From Octopus bimaculoides (Eukaryota): DNA of 64,000 bases. The notes beneath the pieces are model-generated. The model saw only the letters and a program-made list of their open reading frames with translations, ran no database searches and was not told where the DNA came from. The stretch covers positions 113,529,505 through 113,593,504 of the forward strand of contig NC_068986.1 in NCBI RefSeq assembly GCF_001194135.2. Reading direction: 5' to 3'. A program made the position numbers and the translations under genes. Positions 1 through 12,974 of this stretch are shown here, piece by piece (the first letter of the stretch is position 1; every line of letters begins with the position of its first letter).

Positions 1-1
1 G

Positions 2-100
<99 letters not shown>

Positions 101-105
101 TGTGA
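1..105. repeat. (GT)n microsatellite
   Basis: Near-perfect TG dinucleotide run at the window start. Confidence 0.98.
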
Positions 106-2099
106 TATCTAAGAAGTGACAGCCCACTCAATAGATGAATTTAAATGAAAGATGTATCTGACATCCGCTTTAATTTCTATTGTAGAAGTGAAATTTATCT
201 GCTGGCAGTTTGAAAGCACATGCAGTCTAGAAATTCCTTTTGAAGGTCCCAGAAATTCACACAGACGGTAACAGGTTTTATAGAGATTGGAGTGGATTGG
301 TCGCTTAGGTAATTAGTTGGATTGTATACGATGGAACATTGGAAATATTTCACCATGTCTGAGATGTGTTTACAATAAAATAGGTTAGGATCAGAGAGAT
401 GAGAGTGTGGGCTTGGAGTAGACACTAACTGTGAGGAAGAGTATTAGAGTGAAGAAGAGAAAGAAGATGTGAGAGCACGTTTGAGTGGCTGGCTTTTGTA
501 AAGAGATTCATTAAAGTATTTGGCTATTTGCTATTTACACATTCCATAAATTAAATCTACAAGTTTCCATAACCCTTGAGGTTATGAGCAGACAATGGAA
601 ACACTACCTTTATGCTGGATTGGTTAGAAATAGCAGCGAATTTTGCTTGAAATCAACGCTAGTAGCTTTTAACTTTTTCAAGCTATTTAGAAATGAGGCA
701 ATGCAATCAAAGAAATTCATTTATGATAAGATAAAGACGCCCATACTTGGAAAAGCTTTGCTCATAAGGTTTCTCGATTATTGGTGACCAGAATAGTGTT
801 TGTTGCTGTTTCTTGCTGACATAAATTACATGAAGATTCAAATTTTAAAATTTCCCCTTTCAACTTCTTTCATGAAACCCTTTTCGAAATATGGACTCGC
901 CTGACGCTAAATAAGGATGGTAGAAGGTAAGCAAGTGCGAATGTAATGAATAATTAGTGAAATCAGTCGGTCAGTCCACAGAAACTGTGAAACAGTTGGA
1001 ATAGGTTTAAGACTAAGGCGACCTCGATCGACTTTGCCATTGCTAACTTCTTGTATCGACTCCGAAAGTATGAAAGGTAAAGTGAACATCACTGGTATTT
1101 GAACTCATAACATGAAGACAACTGAAATGCTTCTAAGCATTGTGCCCGGCGTGATGACCTCTCTGCCATCACACCACCTTCATTTTTTACATTAATATTA
1201 AGCTTTGTTCTTTGAGTCGATGAGGATGTTTCACAACCAACTTCCTCTACCACATATGGATTCTTAGTTTGTAAGGTAATACATCTTTTAACGTTTTTAC
1301 AATATGAGACTTAGCAATTGTGTTTGATTATTATTTATATCTAAGAAAAAGCATTCCCTACTTTATTTTCTACGAGAAATCATCTGTTGTCCCCTGGATT
1401 GCCTTAGCTGCTTTACTATTTAAAATAAATAATATATACTGCAATTTACTATTGTAATCTTCTATTGTGTATTAATGACGTATTGGAAAATGAAATTTCT
1501 TGTTGCGATGGATTTTCTGTTGACTTCATTATGCAAAACTATAGGAAACTGTTTAACTGATTTTCATCACTGGAAATTTCTATAATTTGATTATCAATTC
1601 ACATTTGTGCATTGCTTAAAGTATCCCTTATTCTATGTTGTTCATTAAGAGGTTTTTTTTCTAGCCGATAGTCAGTTACTCACAGGAATAACTATAACTT
1701 ATTCTAATTCACTTTACTGATTTCATTTGAAATCCCGTTATTTTTTGTTGAGGTGATTTCTTGACGTGACTGATCACTGCCTTGCTTTGGTGTATTTTTC
1801 ATGTTAACACCTTTTGTTATAGTGTTTCGAATGCATGAAATATTAGCTGCGTAATTTGTTGGGGGTGGAGGTAATTGCGTTGCAGATGGATAGGTGTTGG
1901 TGTTTCATAAGGTGTTATATAATGTGAGGCATCAACTATATATTAGTTATTTGTATCATTTTATAGAGCAGAATGGATAAGATTTAGTAAGGAAGCAATG
2001 CTAGTGAAAACTAGAACACAGAGAGATCTAGTTAGACAGTTAGAACATTACTAAAAAAAGGATTGAAACAGATTTAATTGCGGCTAAATCGACTTGCCA

Positions 2100-3140
2100 T
2101 CAACGAAAGCTACATTGTCAGAGATAAGCCGTGTGCCCTAAGACATGGAGAAAAGTGTCTGATGGGCCCAAATGGGACTGGCAGAAAGTAACAACAGAAT
2201 CAAAATTCATTTTCTCATGGATCATGATGATGCCATTGTTTAATGCAAAGCAGAGTTGAATAGTTTTTCGTCGGTATTCTGTTCGACTCTCCGCCAGATG
2301 TAGCGGAAAGGATCGCATGATAGACTTGGCTATCTAGTCTGACTTCTAACATCGATGTTTGACAATGAAGGCTAAGTGTTGATAGAGCTTATAACAAACA
2401 CAGATTTATGGAAGAGGTGGCTAGCTGTACAAGGGCAAATCATCTGGTTTGGAGAGTCTATTAAGCAAGCTTTCCATTTACATTCAAAACAAGTTCGTCC
2501 ACCACTTGGCAGATATCAGGATTCATGAATCTTTGCTCATTTCTCCGATAATCTCAGGCTTTGGTTAGCCAAAATTCCAGACAAAAATATGGCTAAAGTG
2601 ACACGAAGATTCTTGTTGATGACTGATTGATGATGACATGTATGCAATGTCCGGAACAACTTCCACCTCACGCGATACAACATAGGAAAGGTGAGTACGG
2701 AACCCAGCAGGGAGCGAACATTTATCAATTTATATCAATCAAAAGCATCCGATAAGGGTGACCACAAAAATCATGAAGACCGTCCCTGCAGCCGGTTTCG
2801 GCGCTGTCTTCAGGTGTTGGATTGTTCTTCGCAACAGAGATATCTGCTCAATGATTTGTGCGAATAGCCACCAATCTGAACCAGTCTTTTAAGGTTATCT
2901 CTTCTCCTTACGTAATGACTCTCGAAACAAAAGCTGAGAGGCAATACTCGTGAACAAGGATGTTGAAGGTCTATGCTGGCATGTGTGGAAGGCGTCAACG
3001 TAATATTTTAGCTCACCAAACACACGAGGTGTTCGACACCGGTTTAAATGATGAAAACGCGGTATCAGCCGCTCAAATAAAGTAGATGTCGTAAGGCCTG
3101 CTGCTTGGAAACTGGAGTAATACGTCCACACCGACCAAGT
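2100..3140 (+). mobile_element. Decayed L1/Tx1-type LINE ORF2 (reverse transcriptase) fragment
   Basis: Manual translation at ~2658-2766 gives NNFHLTRYNIGKVSTEPSRERTFINLYQSKASDKGDH (cf. Tx1-type DNLHLMRY...INLDQSKAFDRVDH), then AAGFGAVFRCWI at ~2787-2822 and LLGNWS at ~3100. Many stops and frameshifts; boundaries approximate. Confidence 0.75.
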
Positions 3141-3272
3141 GGATCGTAAGCCTGAGGAGGAACATATCAGTTAACATAATATGGCATTCCTGGTTTAGGA
3201 CGAATGTTGCAGTAATTTAACCCCAGGAGACATCGTCTCCAGCTGGCTGTATGACACCACTCCAGGACTGAA
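3135..3272 (+). repeat. Interspersed repeat fragment (unclassified), shared with 56245-56300
   Basis: CCAGGAGACATCGTCTCCAGCTGGCT occurs at ~3222-3247 and again at ~56261-56286. Confidence 0.7.
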
Positions 3273-3905
3273 TGTATGTATCTGTGTGTATGTGTATATA
3301 TACGCACATACATACATTCATATATACATTTGTCCATAGATACATATTACATACATAGATTCATACATATAAACATACATTCATTCATACATACATACAT
3401 ACATACATACAAACATACATACATACATACATACATATATACAAACATACACACATACATACATACATGCATACATACATATAAACATACATATATATAA
3501 ACATACAAACATACATACATACATACATACATTCGTGCATATTTGCAAACTAGTGCCAAACAAATGGTTGGACAATCCAAATTGATTCGGTTATGCATTG
3601 GAGTTAGAGTTGTACTCTATATTTTGGTCTTTCTTATTTACATAGATGTGTGTGTGTGTGTGTGTGTCCGTGTGTGTGTGTGTGTGTGTGAATGTGTGTT
3701 AATGCTTGTGTGTGTGTGAGTGTGTGTATATGTGTATTTGTATGTATATAAAATAACATATTGTATTTTATACCTAAGTATATTATATACGCGTAGATTT
3801 TTATATATTTTTATGAATTTATAATCTGTATGTTTGTGTGTGTATGTGAGAGAGAGAGAGAGAGTGTGTGTGTGTGCGCGTGTGTGTGCGTGTGTGTGTG
3901 TGAGT
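3273..3905. repeat. Compound microsatellite block (TACA)n/(TG)n/(AG)n
   Basis: Directly visible; explains the ORFs at 3276, 3347, 3381, 3638 and 3830. Confidence 0.95.
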
Positions 3906-4934
3906 GTTCGGCACATAATTCTTTTTTGTTTCGTTTTCCGTTTTTCTTCTCCGACATATCAAACCTATTGTTTTTGTTATTGTTTTTGTTATTACATAAA
4001 CTAATGCTTAAGCGCTTGTCCCTGATGAACTCGTCAATCTCACATAGAAAGTTGCCGCTGCCGTCAGCGTCGTCGTCGTCGTCGTGGTCGTCGTCGTCGT
4101 CGTCGTCGTCGTTGTTGTTGTTGTTGTTGTTGCTACTTCTGAGCTTTTACTGTTGCCGCTTTCGTTGCTTTTATATTTCAATTCTATCAGACATCTTTTT
4201 AAGCGTGAATATATAAATACTGCATTTTTGACAGGAAATGAATAGTCGCACCTGGATATCTGGTGCATTTATATCCATTTTTAGTGCAACTGCATTTAAA
4301 TGAACCACATATATAAAACAATAATATATATATAAAACAATAATACAAAATCATCGAAGATATATGCACGGATTTCTTTGCATCTCATCGATAAATAAAG
4401 AAAAAAAATTCGAAAAGATAACAAATAAAATATATGCATGGATAATATTTCAAAATTTAGTGCGCGATGCTGCATAAAAATTAGCTCAGATTTCTTCAAT
4501 AACCGTATCTTTGTAGCTTTAAAATATTTAGTATATGAGCTTGCAGCTTTGAATATGTTGGTTGTAGATTTGACATTAGTGGAAAAAGTTAGTTTTACTT
4601 TGTGCAGGGAATCAGTGAAAGGAGGGACTGCATTGAAATGACAGCCATCGTATTGTCGTTACGTTGTGTGTTTGTATGTGTGTGTGAGCATCAGTGGAGT
4701 TTGTGTAATTACGTAACCAAAACGTCGATGATATAGTGCTGATTCGCGGTACGAAAGATATAATCTAAATTTTCGTTCAAACATGCTTTGCCTAAATGTA
4801 TGAATGTAAGAATATATACAGGATAACATTAGAGCCGAAACACATTGGAGATTGGTGACACAGTCTACCGTCAATTTGTTGGATTACGGATCTTTGCATG
4901 AGCGTGTGTATGTGTTTCTAAGAGATATATCCAA

Positions 4935-5280
4935 CCACATGGTTCCGGGTTCAGGCCTACTGCGTGGCATCTTGGGGGGTGCCGACCAAAGCCTTGTGAG
5001 TGGATTTGGCAGATGGAAACTGAAAGAAACCCGTCGTATAATATATATGTGGGATGTATATGTATGTGTTTCTGTGCTCATGTTTTCCCCCACCATCGCT
5101 TGACGATGTTGGTGTGTTTACGTCCCCGTAACCTAGTGGTTCGGCAAAACAGACTGATAGCATAAGTACTAGGTTTACAACGAATAAGTCGAGGAGTCGA
5201 TTTGCTCGACTAAAGGCGGTGCTCCAGCATGGATGCAGTCAAATGACTGAAGCAAAAAAGAGAATAAAAGAGTAAAAGAA
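4935..5280 (+). mobile_element. tRNA-derived SINE, family A (near full length)
   Basis: B-box-like GGTTCAGG head, central GCCGACCAAAGCCTTGTGAGTGGATTTGGCAGATGGAAACTGAAAGAAACCCGTCG, internal microsatellite, and a 3' part (GGTTCGGCAAAA..GATAG..TAAGTACTAGG..CGACTAAAGGCG.TGCTCCAG) ending in AAAAGAGT repeats. Homologous to 7140-7500, 11545-11750 and 24640-24895. Confidence 0.85.
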
Positions 5281-5478
5281 CTACAAGAAGACCTAAAGGT
5301 GTAAGGTAATGCTGAGTAAGTGCTATGGACAGACCATAGTTAAGCTCCAGGTTCGGTGATTATGCGAATAAGGAGTCCAACGTAGGTCATATATCAGTAT
5401 GTGTATATATAAAAAAAGTAACAGAATGAGATAAAAATCCAAGGTTGTGAAAGATTTCAGAACATTTATAAATAGAAG

Positions 5479-5526
5479 GTCTTACAGATGTTTCCGGGAT
5501 ATTTATTATATCTCTTCATCTGAGAC
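5479..5526 (-). ncRNA. Minimal type I hammerhead-ribozyme-like motif (degenerate)
   Basis: Minus strand reads GTCT-CAGATGA-A-GAGATAT..ATATCCC-G-GAAA-CATCTG-TA-AGAC: stem I GTCT/AGAC, core with U4>A, stem II, GAAA, near-palindromic helix III, GUA cleavage triplet. Confidence 0.55.
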
Positions 5527-5797
5527 GGTGTGAGAAAGTAATTAAGCAATAGTTATTCCAGATATGATATGAAATAGAGAGTGAAGTGAAGGAATAAACA
5601 TAGACGTGAGATATGTAGGGGTTATTGTATATCCAATTCCATTATTTAGGCAGAATGGTATACATATAAGATTCCTCTACCTTATGAGTAAGTTCCAATA
5701 GTATTTAAAATTACCAATTTTAAATACTAGTGGAACTTACTCACTCTCTTTTACATATCCTATCTAGAATAACTATTGCTCAACAATATTCTGCACC

Positions 5798-5845
5798 GTC
5801 TCCGATGAAGGGGTATATACAATATCCCGGAAACAGCTGTAAGAC
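5798..5845 (+). ncRNA. Minimal type I hammerhead-ribozyme-like motif
   Basis: GTCT-CCGATGA-A-GGGGTATAT..ATATCCC-G-GAAA-CAGCTG-TA-AGAC: stem I GTCT/AGAC, core with U4>C, stem II, GAAA, perfect palindromic helix III CAGCTG, GUA triplet. Palindromic helix III is typical of Penelope-like-element hammerheads. Confidence 0.65.
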
Positions 5846-7139
5846 CTATTTATAAATGTTCTGAAATCTTTCACAGCCTTCGATTTTTATCTCATTCTGT
5901 TAATTTTTATAAATGCATATANNNNNNNNNNNNNNNNNNNNNNNNNNNNNNNNNNNNNNNNNNNNNNNNNNNNNNNNNNNNNNNNNNNNNNNNNNNNNNN
6001 NNNNNNNNNNNNNNNNNNNNNNNNNNNNNNNNNNNNNNNTATATATATATATATATATATATTCACATCCATACACACACACACACATATATATATATAC
6101 ACACACACGCACACACGCACACACATACATATATATATTCATATATATATATATATACATAGATATGCGCTTTTGGTTCGAATGGTTTTGTTAAGCGCTG
6201 TTGTGCTTTATAATTTTGTAAATAATAATAATCGTATGTTTTCACTTACTTGAAGCTTATAGTGATCACGGTGCAAATGACTAAGGAAAGTAGTTTAATA
6301 ATGGGACATATAAGACCCCGACAGAAAAAAAAGTAGGCTTCCATGTACGCGTGAGTCACGAACCCACATTCCTTTGTTAACGTGACTGTGTTTGATATAT
6401 ATATATGTAAACATGTTTGTTTGTTTTCCTGAAAATCCATTGGTACTGCGATTTCAAGGAAGAGTTCTATGTGAGTTCACAGTGACATGTCTTGTGATGG
6501 CATAATATATACACCAAGTGAATCGAAAAAGAGGAATGAATCATAAAAGTTTGTATCCTCTCCGGATACAAAAAATACAACTACGATTTTACAACATTTG
6601 CATAACTGCTGCTGGTATGTACCTTAGTCGAGAAAATGAGAGGGAATTTGAATATATTGAAGATATATGAGGATAGTAAATAAAACAATTAAAATCAATT
6701 GATTTTGAAAATGGCTGCAAAGCATCGTAAAATCGAAAGTTCTGAAATTTATTTCATGTCTATCGATGAATATTCTTTTAGTTATATACATAGCGTTCAA
6801 TGATTAAAACTTCAAAATATCTAACGAATATATATTCAAGAAAATAATTATTCAAGTTTGCAGATTTTATTTATGAAACACCGAACCGAAATTTTAATGC
6901 AACGCTCCCAGAATTTTATTTTAAAATGCATTTCTGGTGAAGAATTTGAGGAATGTGTATGTCAAATGTAATATAAATGAAGTGTCATTCCGTCGTTACA
7001 GTGTTTCGCAAAAAAGGCTAAATAATTTGAGAAATTAAAATTTCTAAAGGATATGATGTGAGACGCTACCGCAAGATGTCATTGCGATTGGGCATCAACT
7101 ATCATTTATTGTCAAAACATCCACCTCTTTGCTCTTTCC

Positions 7140-7500
7140 ATTCCATTCGTGGTAAGTTAGCTTCTATATCTCAAGGTTACGGGTTCAGTCCCACTACGTG
7201 GCACCTTGGGCAAGAATCTTCCACTGTAGCCTCTGGCCAACCAAATCTTTGTCAGAGAATTAAGTAAATGGAAATTGAAAGAAGCATGTCGTGTGTGTGT
7301 ATGTGTGGGGGGNNNNNNNNNNGGGGGGGTGTACGTGTGAGTGTGTGTGTGCGCGTGCGTTTGTCCCGTACCATATTTTGGCAACCGATGTTGTTGTGTT
7401 TAGTCTTATCTAGCAGTCCGGCAATAGTGTCCGATAGAATAAGTACCAGGGCTTAAGAAATATAAATGCTGGTGTCGGTTCATTCGACTACAAATTCTTC
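7140..7500 (+). mobile_element. tRNA-derived SINE, family A
   Basis: GTGGTAAG A-box-like and GGTTCAGTCCC B-box-like head, CACCTTGGGCAAG...GCCAACCAAA central part, internal (GT)n and gap, 3' part GATAGAATAAGTACCAGG. Confidence 0.8.
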
Positions 7501-8100
7501 ATTAATCGCAGACTAAAATAGTATTCAAAGAATGAAGCGTTACATTTTCACATAAACTTCTTCTTGTATTATATGTTTCAAAAAGCATGAGTAACCCTGT
7601 CGACATCATACAATGGTTTGTATGCATAATCGATGAATTAATTAATGGAGCACTCGATTCACTAACACTTCTAAACGGAGCTCAAAGTTGCCCTGTAAAA
7701 TGTTTTTTTCAAGCCTGCTACAAACACTGATATTGAGACGGGGCAGTAAGAGATAATGGACGTATCGTTCTGTTTTGTGTTATCTCCTCGCTAAGTTCAG
7801 AGTCCAGAAAGGTCGAGATGTTATCAAATGTTTGTGTACAGAAGTCTGAGAGAAGAAACGCTGGGGAATTATAATTGGTATTTGATGTCTTTATTTAGTG
7901 AGAGTCTAAAGCAGGCAGTAGTGTGTAGTATACGAGGTCAGCTGAGTGCGAAATAACTTTGAAAGAAGACGCAATCAAAGAATTGGCCACGCTGTTTCTA
8001 CTGAGAAATATCAGGTTAACAACCGTTAGATTATATTCTATTAAATAAAAATAAATTCAATTCAATGAAATATTAAACTAAATTATATTCGGTGCAGTAC

Positions 8101-8181
8101 TTAAGGAATCAAATTAAATGTGAGTGTGTGTATGTGTGTGTGTGTGTGTGTGTGTATGTGTGTGTCAATCTGTGTGTGACC

Positions 8182-8215
<34 letters not shown>

Positions 8216-8760
8216 ATTTTTATATGTTCTCTTTCTGTTTTAAGTAGAATAGATTCTGACCGGCCACCTACATGGTAGCAGAGTTGCGAAGAAAAGCATT
8301 ACAGATTATTATGGTTCCAGATATCATATACACGTAAGTATGTATGTATGTATGTATGTATGTATGGATGGATGGATGGATGGATGGATGGATGGATGGA
8401 TGGGTGTATGTCTCTATGTATGTATATTTGTATGCATATATGTATGCATGCATGTATGCATACATGTATATATGTATGTTTTTTGTATGTATACATACAT
8501 ACATGTATGTATGTATGCNNNNNNNNNNTATATGTATGTTTTTTGTATGTATACATACATACATGTATGTATGTATGCATACATACATGTATGTATGCAT
8601 ACATACATGTATGTATGTTTGCATGTATGTATGTATGCATGCATACATGTATGTATGCATGTATGCATACCTGTATGTATGTATACATGTTTGCATACAT
8701 GTATATATGTATGTATTCATGTATATATGTATGTATGTATGTATGTAGCCGTCTAAGTAT
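8101..8760. repeat. (TG)n/(TATG)n/(GATG)n compound microsatellite with sequence duplicated around a 10-N gap
   Basis: Directly visible; ~8469-8518 is repeated at ~8529-8578 on the other side of the gap. Confidence 0.9.
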
Positions 8761-8857
8761 CCATGACTCAATAAAAAATATGCACTCCTAAATTCCCCGA
8801 TAGATTGTCTACATTAACTGAAGTGTACAATTCTGCTTCCGTGTGTAGCCTGGTCCC

Positions 8858-8901
<44 letters not shown>

Positions 8902-8945
8902 GTATGTTTTTAAAGAAAGAGAGAAAGAGAGATAAGATGGATAGT

Positions 8946-8986
<41 letters not shown>

Positions 8987-10449
8987 GCTGTCACACATTT
9001 TCGCGTTGAGTGCAAAGGGTTCGTAGTTTCGAAATTCGATGCATATATCTTAGTTGAATAAACGTTTATTTAAGAATGTAATGTTATGTATTTTATTGAG
9101 CTATGTTAAGAATCTTATTTTTATTCTGTTTTTAGGATGTTGCACCAAAAACAGAACAAAGAAATAACAAGACTATTGTATTTTATTAAAAGACTGGCAA
9201 ATTATAGCAACGGAATCTACTCGCAATACGAGCTAAACATGTGCGTTAATCCAAGAGATCTTAAAAAATAAAAAAAAAAGAAGCGAGGTTAAATGTGGAT
9301 CTCGAAATTGGAAGCAACACGTTTGTTAAACAAAACGTTAGCGTAGAACATGATGAAATTCAGGACAAACGTCTGCGGTGACAGCAACCATCTGACGACT
9401 GTTCTTGAACCAAACGCACCAAATATATCTCGGGTGATTGGAGAAGTAAATGCAGTACTGTAAAGACACAATGGCTAATTACCTCAAGGTAGAAAGTTAA
9501 AGAAATAAAAGAAGTATAGTTGAAAAATGGATTCAAGAGCATCAGGGTTCGAGTCCTCATTGGTCCAGAACTCTGAAACTAATGAAATTACTTCTTGTTA
9601 GTAAAAATATGTAGATTCTAATTGCCATTATATGAATTAATAAAGTTTATTTGAAACTACATTAATATTTATGATTAAGGACTGTCAATGAGTTTATTGG
9701 GGCATACGAGTGTGTTTGTGTGTGGGTGAGTGTGTGGCATGTAATCTTACATATGTATAAATGCCAGCGCCCAACACCCTGGGGGCCTTCAGTCACACGG
9801 TTGCTTCTGTTAAATATTAATAAGCAAATACATATACTCATATTTTGAGTTCACTTTTTTCCTGTTTGCATCAACATACTAGTATATATNNNNNNNNNNN
9901 NNNNNNNNNNNNNNNNNNNNNNNNNNNNNNNNNNNNNNNNNNNNNNNNNNNNNNNNNNNNNNNNNNNNNNNNNNNNNNNNNNNNNNNNNATATATGTGTG
10001 TGTGTATATATATATGCATACACAGATACACACATATTTCAATGTACATGTCTTTGTGTGTATGTGTGCATATTTATGCATGGATGTATGCATAAGTATG
10101 TATGCATGTATATGAATGTATTTTTTCACACAACACACACACTCACACGTATACATACATACATACGTACATTAAACATTCATGTATACATATTTGTGTT
10201 CGAGCGTATGATTGTGTGTGTGTGTGTGTGTGTGTCTGTGTGTGTGGGTGTGTGTGTGTGTTAAGCACAGGTTATGTCATTAGGTGCAGCTGAATCAATA
10301 TAACAAACTCTACACAAAACAATGTTTGGTTTTGACAAAAGATTTTCACTAAAGTGTAAGGGTAACACTCGTTGATAACACTAATATAAAATACGGCCTT
10401 TATATAATAACGATAATGATATTAGTCACTCTGTTACAACTGCCAATTA

Positions 10450-10468
10450 TAAATACTACTACTACTAC

Positions 10469-10516
<48 letters not shown>

Positions 10517-10889
10517 CAACAACTATAGTCATAATAGAAATCATGGTAATAATAATTGTTATAAGAATAGTAGTAGTGGTTGTAAATATAAAAATAATAA
10601 TAACAGCAATAATAACAATAATAATAATTGCAATAATTTTGGTTATAATAGTAGTAGTAATAGTAGCGCTGGTAGTATCATTATTGTTTGTTTTTATCTT
10701 TTTATGTTTTTTTTTTATTTTATAGCTATTATTGCTATCATTATTTTTTTTTTGTATAAAATAGTAATATTTTATATTTTTATCAATAATGTTGTCTATT
10801 GATAGTGTTGCTCTTGATGTTAACAACTTTTGTGGAAGTACTAAATTCTATGATGATACTGGTGGCGTTGGCAATGATGATGATAGTGA

Positions 10890-10922
<33 letters not shown>

Positions 10923-11035
10923 TGACGACGGCGATTATGACTATGATGATGATGACGACGATGACATGGCGGGGAGAGAATGAAAATTGTGGTCTTGATG
11001 TCGTTGATGATGATGACGACGATGACATGGCGGGG
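10450..11035. repeat. Trinucleotide low-complexity block (AAT/ACT/GAT/GAC)
   Basis: Pure (AAT)n, (GAC)n and (GAT)n runs; source of the poly-N/poly-D/poly-T ORFs. Confidence 0.9.
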
Positions 11036-11464
11036 ANNNNNNNNNNNNNNNNNNNNNNNNNNNNNNNNNNNNNNNNNNNNNNNNNNNNNNNNNNNNNNNN
11101 NNNNNNNNNNNNNNNNNNNNNNNNNNNNNNNNNNNNNNNNNNNNNNNNNNNNNNNNNNNNNNNNNNNNNNNNNNNNNNNNNNNNNNNNNNNNNNNNNNNN
11201 NNNNNNNNNNNNNNNNNNNNNNNNNNNNNNNNNNNNNNNNNNNNNNNNNNNNNNNNNNNNNNNNNNNNNNNNNNNNNNNNNNNNNNNNNNNNNNNNNNNN
11301 NNNNNNNNNNNNNNNNNNNNNNNNNNNNNNNNNNNNNNNNNNNNNNNNNNNNNNNNNNNNNNNNNNNNNNNNNNNNNNNNNNNNNNNNNNNNNNNNNNNN
11401 NNNNNNNNNNNNNNNNNNNNNNNNNNNNNNNNNNNNNNNNNNNNNNNNNNNNNNNNNNNNNNNN

Positions 11465-11501
<37 letters not shown>

Positions 11502-11544
11502 ATGTATGTATTATGTATGTATGTATATGTTTGTGTGTCTATGT

Positions 11545-11750
11545 TTGTCCCCCCAACATAGCTTGACAACCGATGCTGGTGTGTTTACGCCCACGTAACT
11601 TAGCGGTTCGGCAAAAGATACCGATAGAATAAGTACTAGGCTTACAAAAAATAAGTCCTGGGGTCAATTGGCTCGACTAAAGGCGTTGCTCCAGGATGGC
11701 CACAATCAAATGTTGAAAGAAGTAAAAGAGTAAAGGAGTAAAGAGTATAT
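11545..11750 (+). mobile_element. SINE family A, 3' half
   Basis: CTTGACAACCGATGCTGGTGTGTTTACG...GGTTCGGCAAAAGATACCGATAGAATAAGTACTAGGCTTACAA...CGACTAAAGGCG.TGCTCCAG matches 5095-5280. Confidence 0.85.
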
Positions 11751-12974
11751 CAGAAATATGTTGTTTTTTTGTTTGGTTTTTGCTTGTTATTTTCTATACC
11801 CTGGCAGTGCGAGGAAGACTAACAGTGGCCGGAAGAAAACGCCTGAAAATGGAGGCAATGATTATGTAGGCGTGAACAACTTTTAGCATAAGAAGTAACC
11901 GAAATCTAACCAACAATACACAGCGTTAGAAGCACCGATCCTGAGTTTATATTTGCTCTTCTAATGGTCATCTTGTTTTGTGCAGGTCATCTTTGTTTTA
12001 TGAATGGGACCTAAGTGATACTCCAGTCGAGGTATCTTATCGATATCCAGGCCCGATCAGATCTGCTTCCCGTTACGAGGAGCTATCTGAAATCAGAACG
12101 CGATGAGCCGATCTGGGTGGCCTCCACAAATGCCCACCCACAACAATCTAATGACTTCTAATAGCCCTTTTCCAGCACCTTTATCTTCAACACGATCGTT
12201 AACGCCACCGCAACTAGTAAAACATTCATCTCCTTTATCTGTCTCACAACTAACGTAAGGGCCCTCTCTATTTCTAAACACGGCTCTGAATCGGTACGCG
12301 GTATTCACCGATATTTTAACTAAGATACCAGGGAGACAAAACTAAATACCACAAGGCATTATATCTCATGCTTTAACAACTCTGCCTGTTCCCTATCCTC
12401 ATAATACTGCTTATTCTATATCATGTACATGATATACCAGCACATCATCCACCACCAACAATACCGCCGCTACAGACTCCATCACCACCTACAACACCAC
12501 CACCACCACCGCTACTACTAGTACTATTATTACTACTACTGCTGCTGCTGTTAATCCTACTACTACTTAATAGCAACACTACCATAACCATCGACGTAGA
12601 CCCTCATACAACCACAGTAACAACATCAACGCCGTTACAAATACCATTAAACGAAAAGGAGAGCTGCAATTAGGTCGCAAGAACTGCTAGAAATATCACC
12701 CAAATTGCCCCTTACAATAGTAAAGTATTTCTGAATATTGAATAAAGGGTTGGTCATATCCGGAATCGCTTTTATTATATTTTATCTCGACTATCGCTTG
12801 CCAAAAATTAAACAAAACGAATACCATTATATTTAAATACAAGTAACGTAAAACAGTAATGATTCTAAAAGCCTGTATCCCAGCCATATAACAACTTTAT
12901 CACAAGCAACTCTACCACCGCAACAAGTCATGTATCACTACAAGAAACAGTGCGAATGTTTTACCACTTAAGAG

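Larger units (their letters stand above)
5408..5911. mobile_element. Foldback element with ~180-bp imperfect inverted arms, probably derived from Penelope-like terminal repeats
   Basis: 5419-5530 is the reverse complement of 5795-5902 with few mismatches. The symmetry continues inward (5545-5565 vs 5761-5780; ~5568-5590 vs ~5735-5760). Each arm carries a hammerhead-like motif. Confidence 0.85.

Noticed and set aside
6600-7120. Possible hAT transposase C-terminal relic (also considered at 48150-48330 and 27200-27750)
   Set aside because: Only vague similarity; no diagnostic motif could be read with confidence.
8255-8333. Exon candidate ILTGHLHGSRVAKKSITDYYGSRYHIH
   Set aside because: The donor GTAAGT merges into a (TATG)n microsatellite, closer AG sites put a stop in this frame, and no homology was recognised.
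9289-9471. mariner N-terminal HTH remnant (TRDIFGAFGSRTVVRW)
   Set aside because: Single short motif, no TIRs or catalytic motifs nearby.
12093-12308. Fibronectin type III-like TAYRFRAVFRNREGP
   Set aside because: The rest of the ORF lacks FN3 features and no convincing exon boundaries were found.
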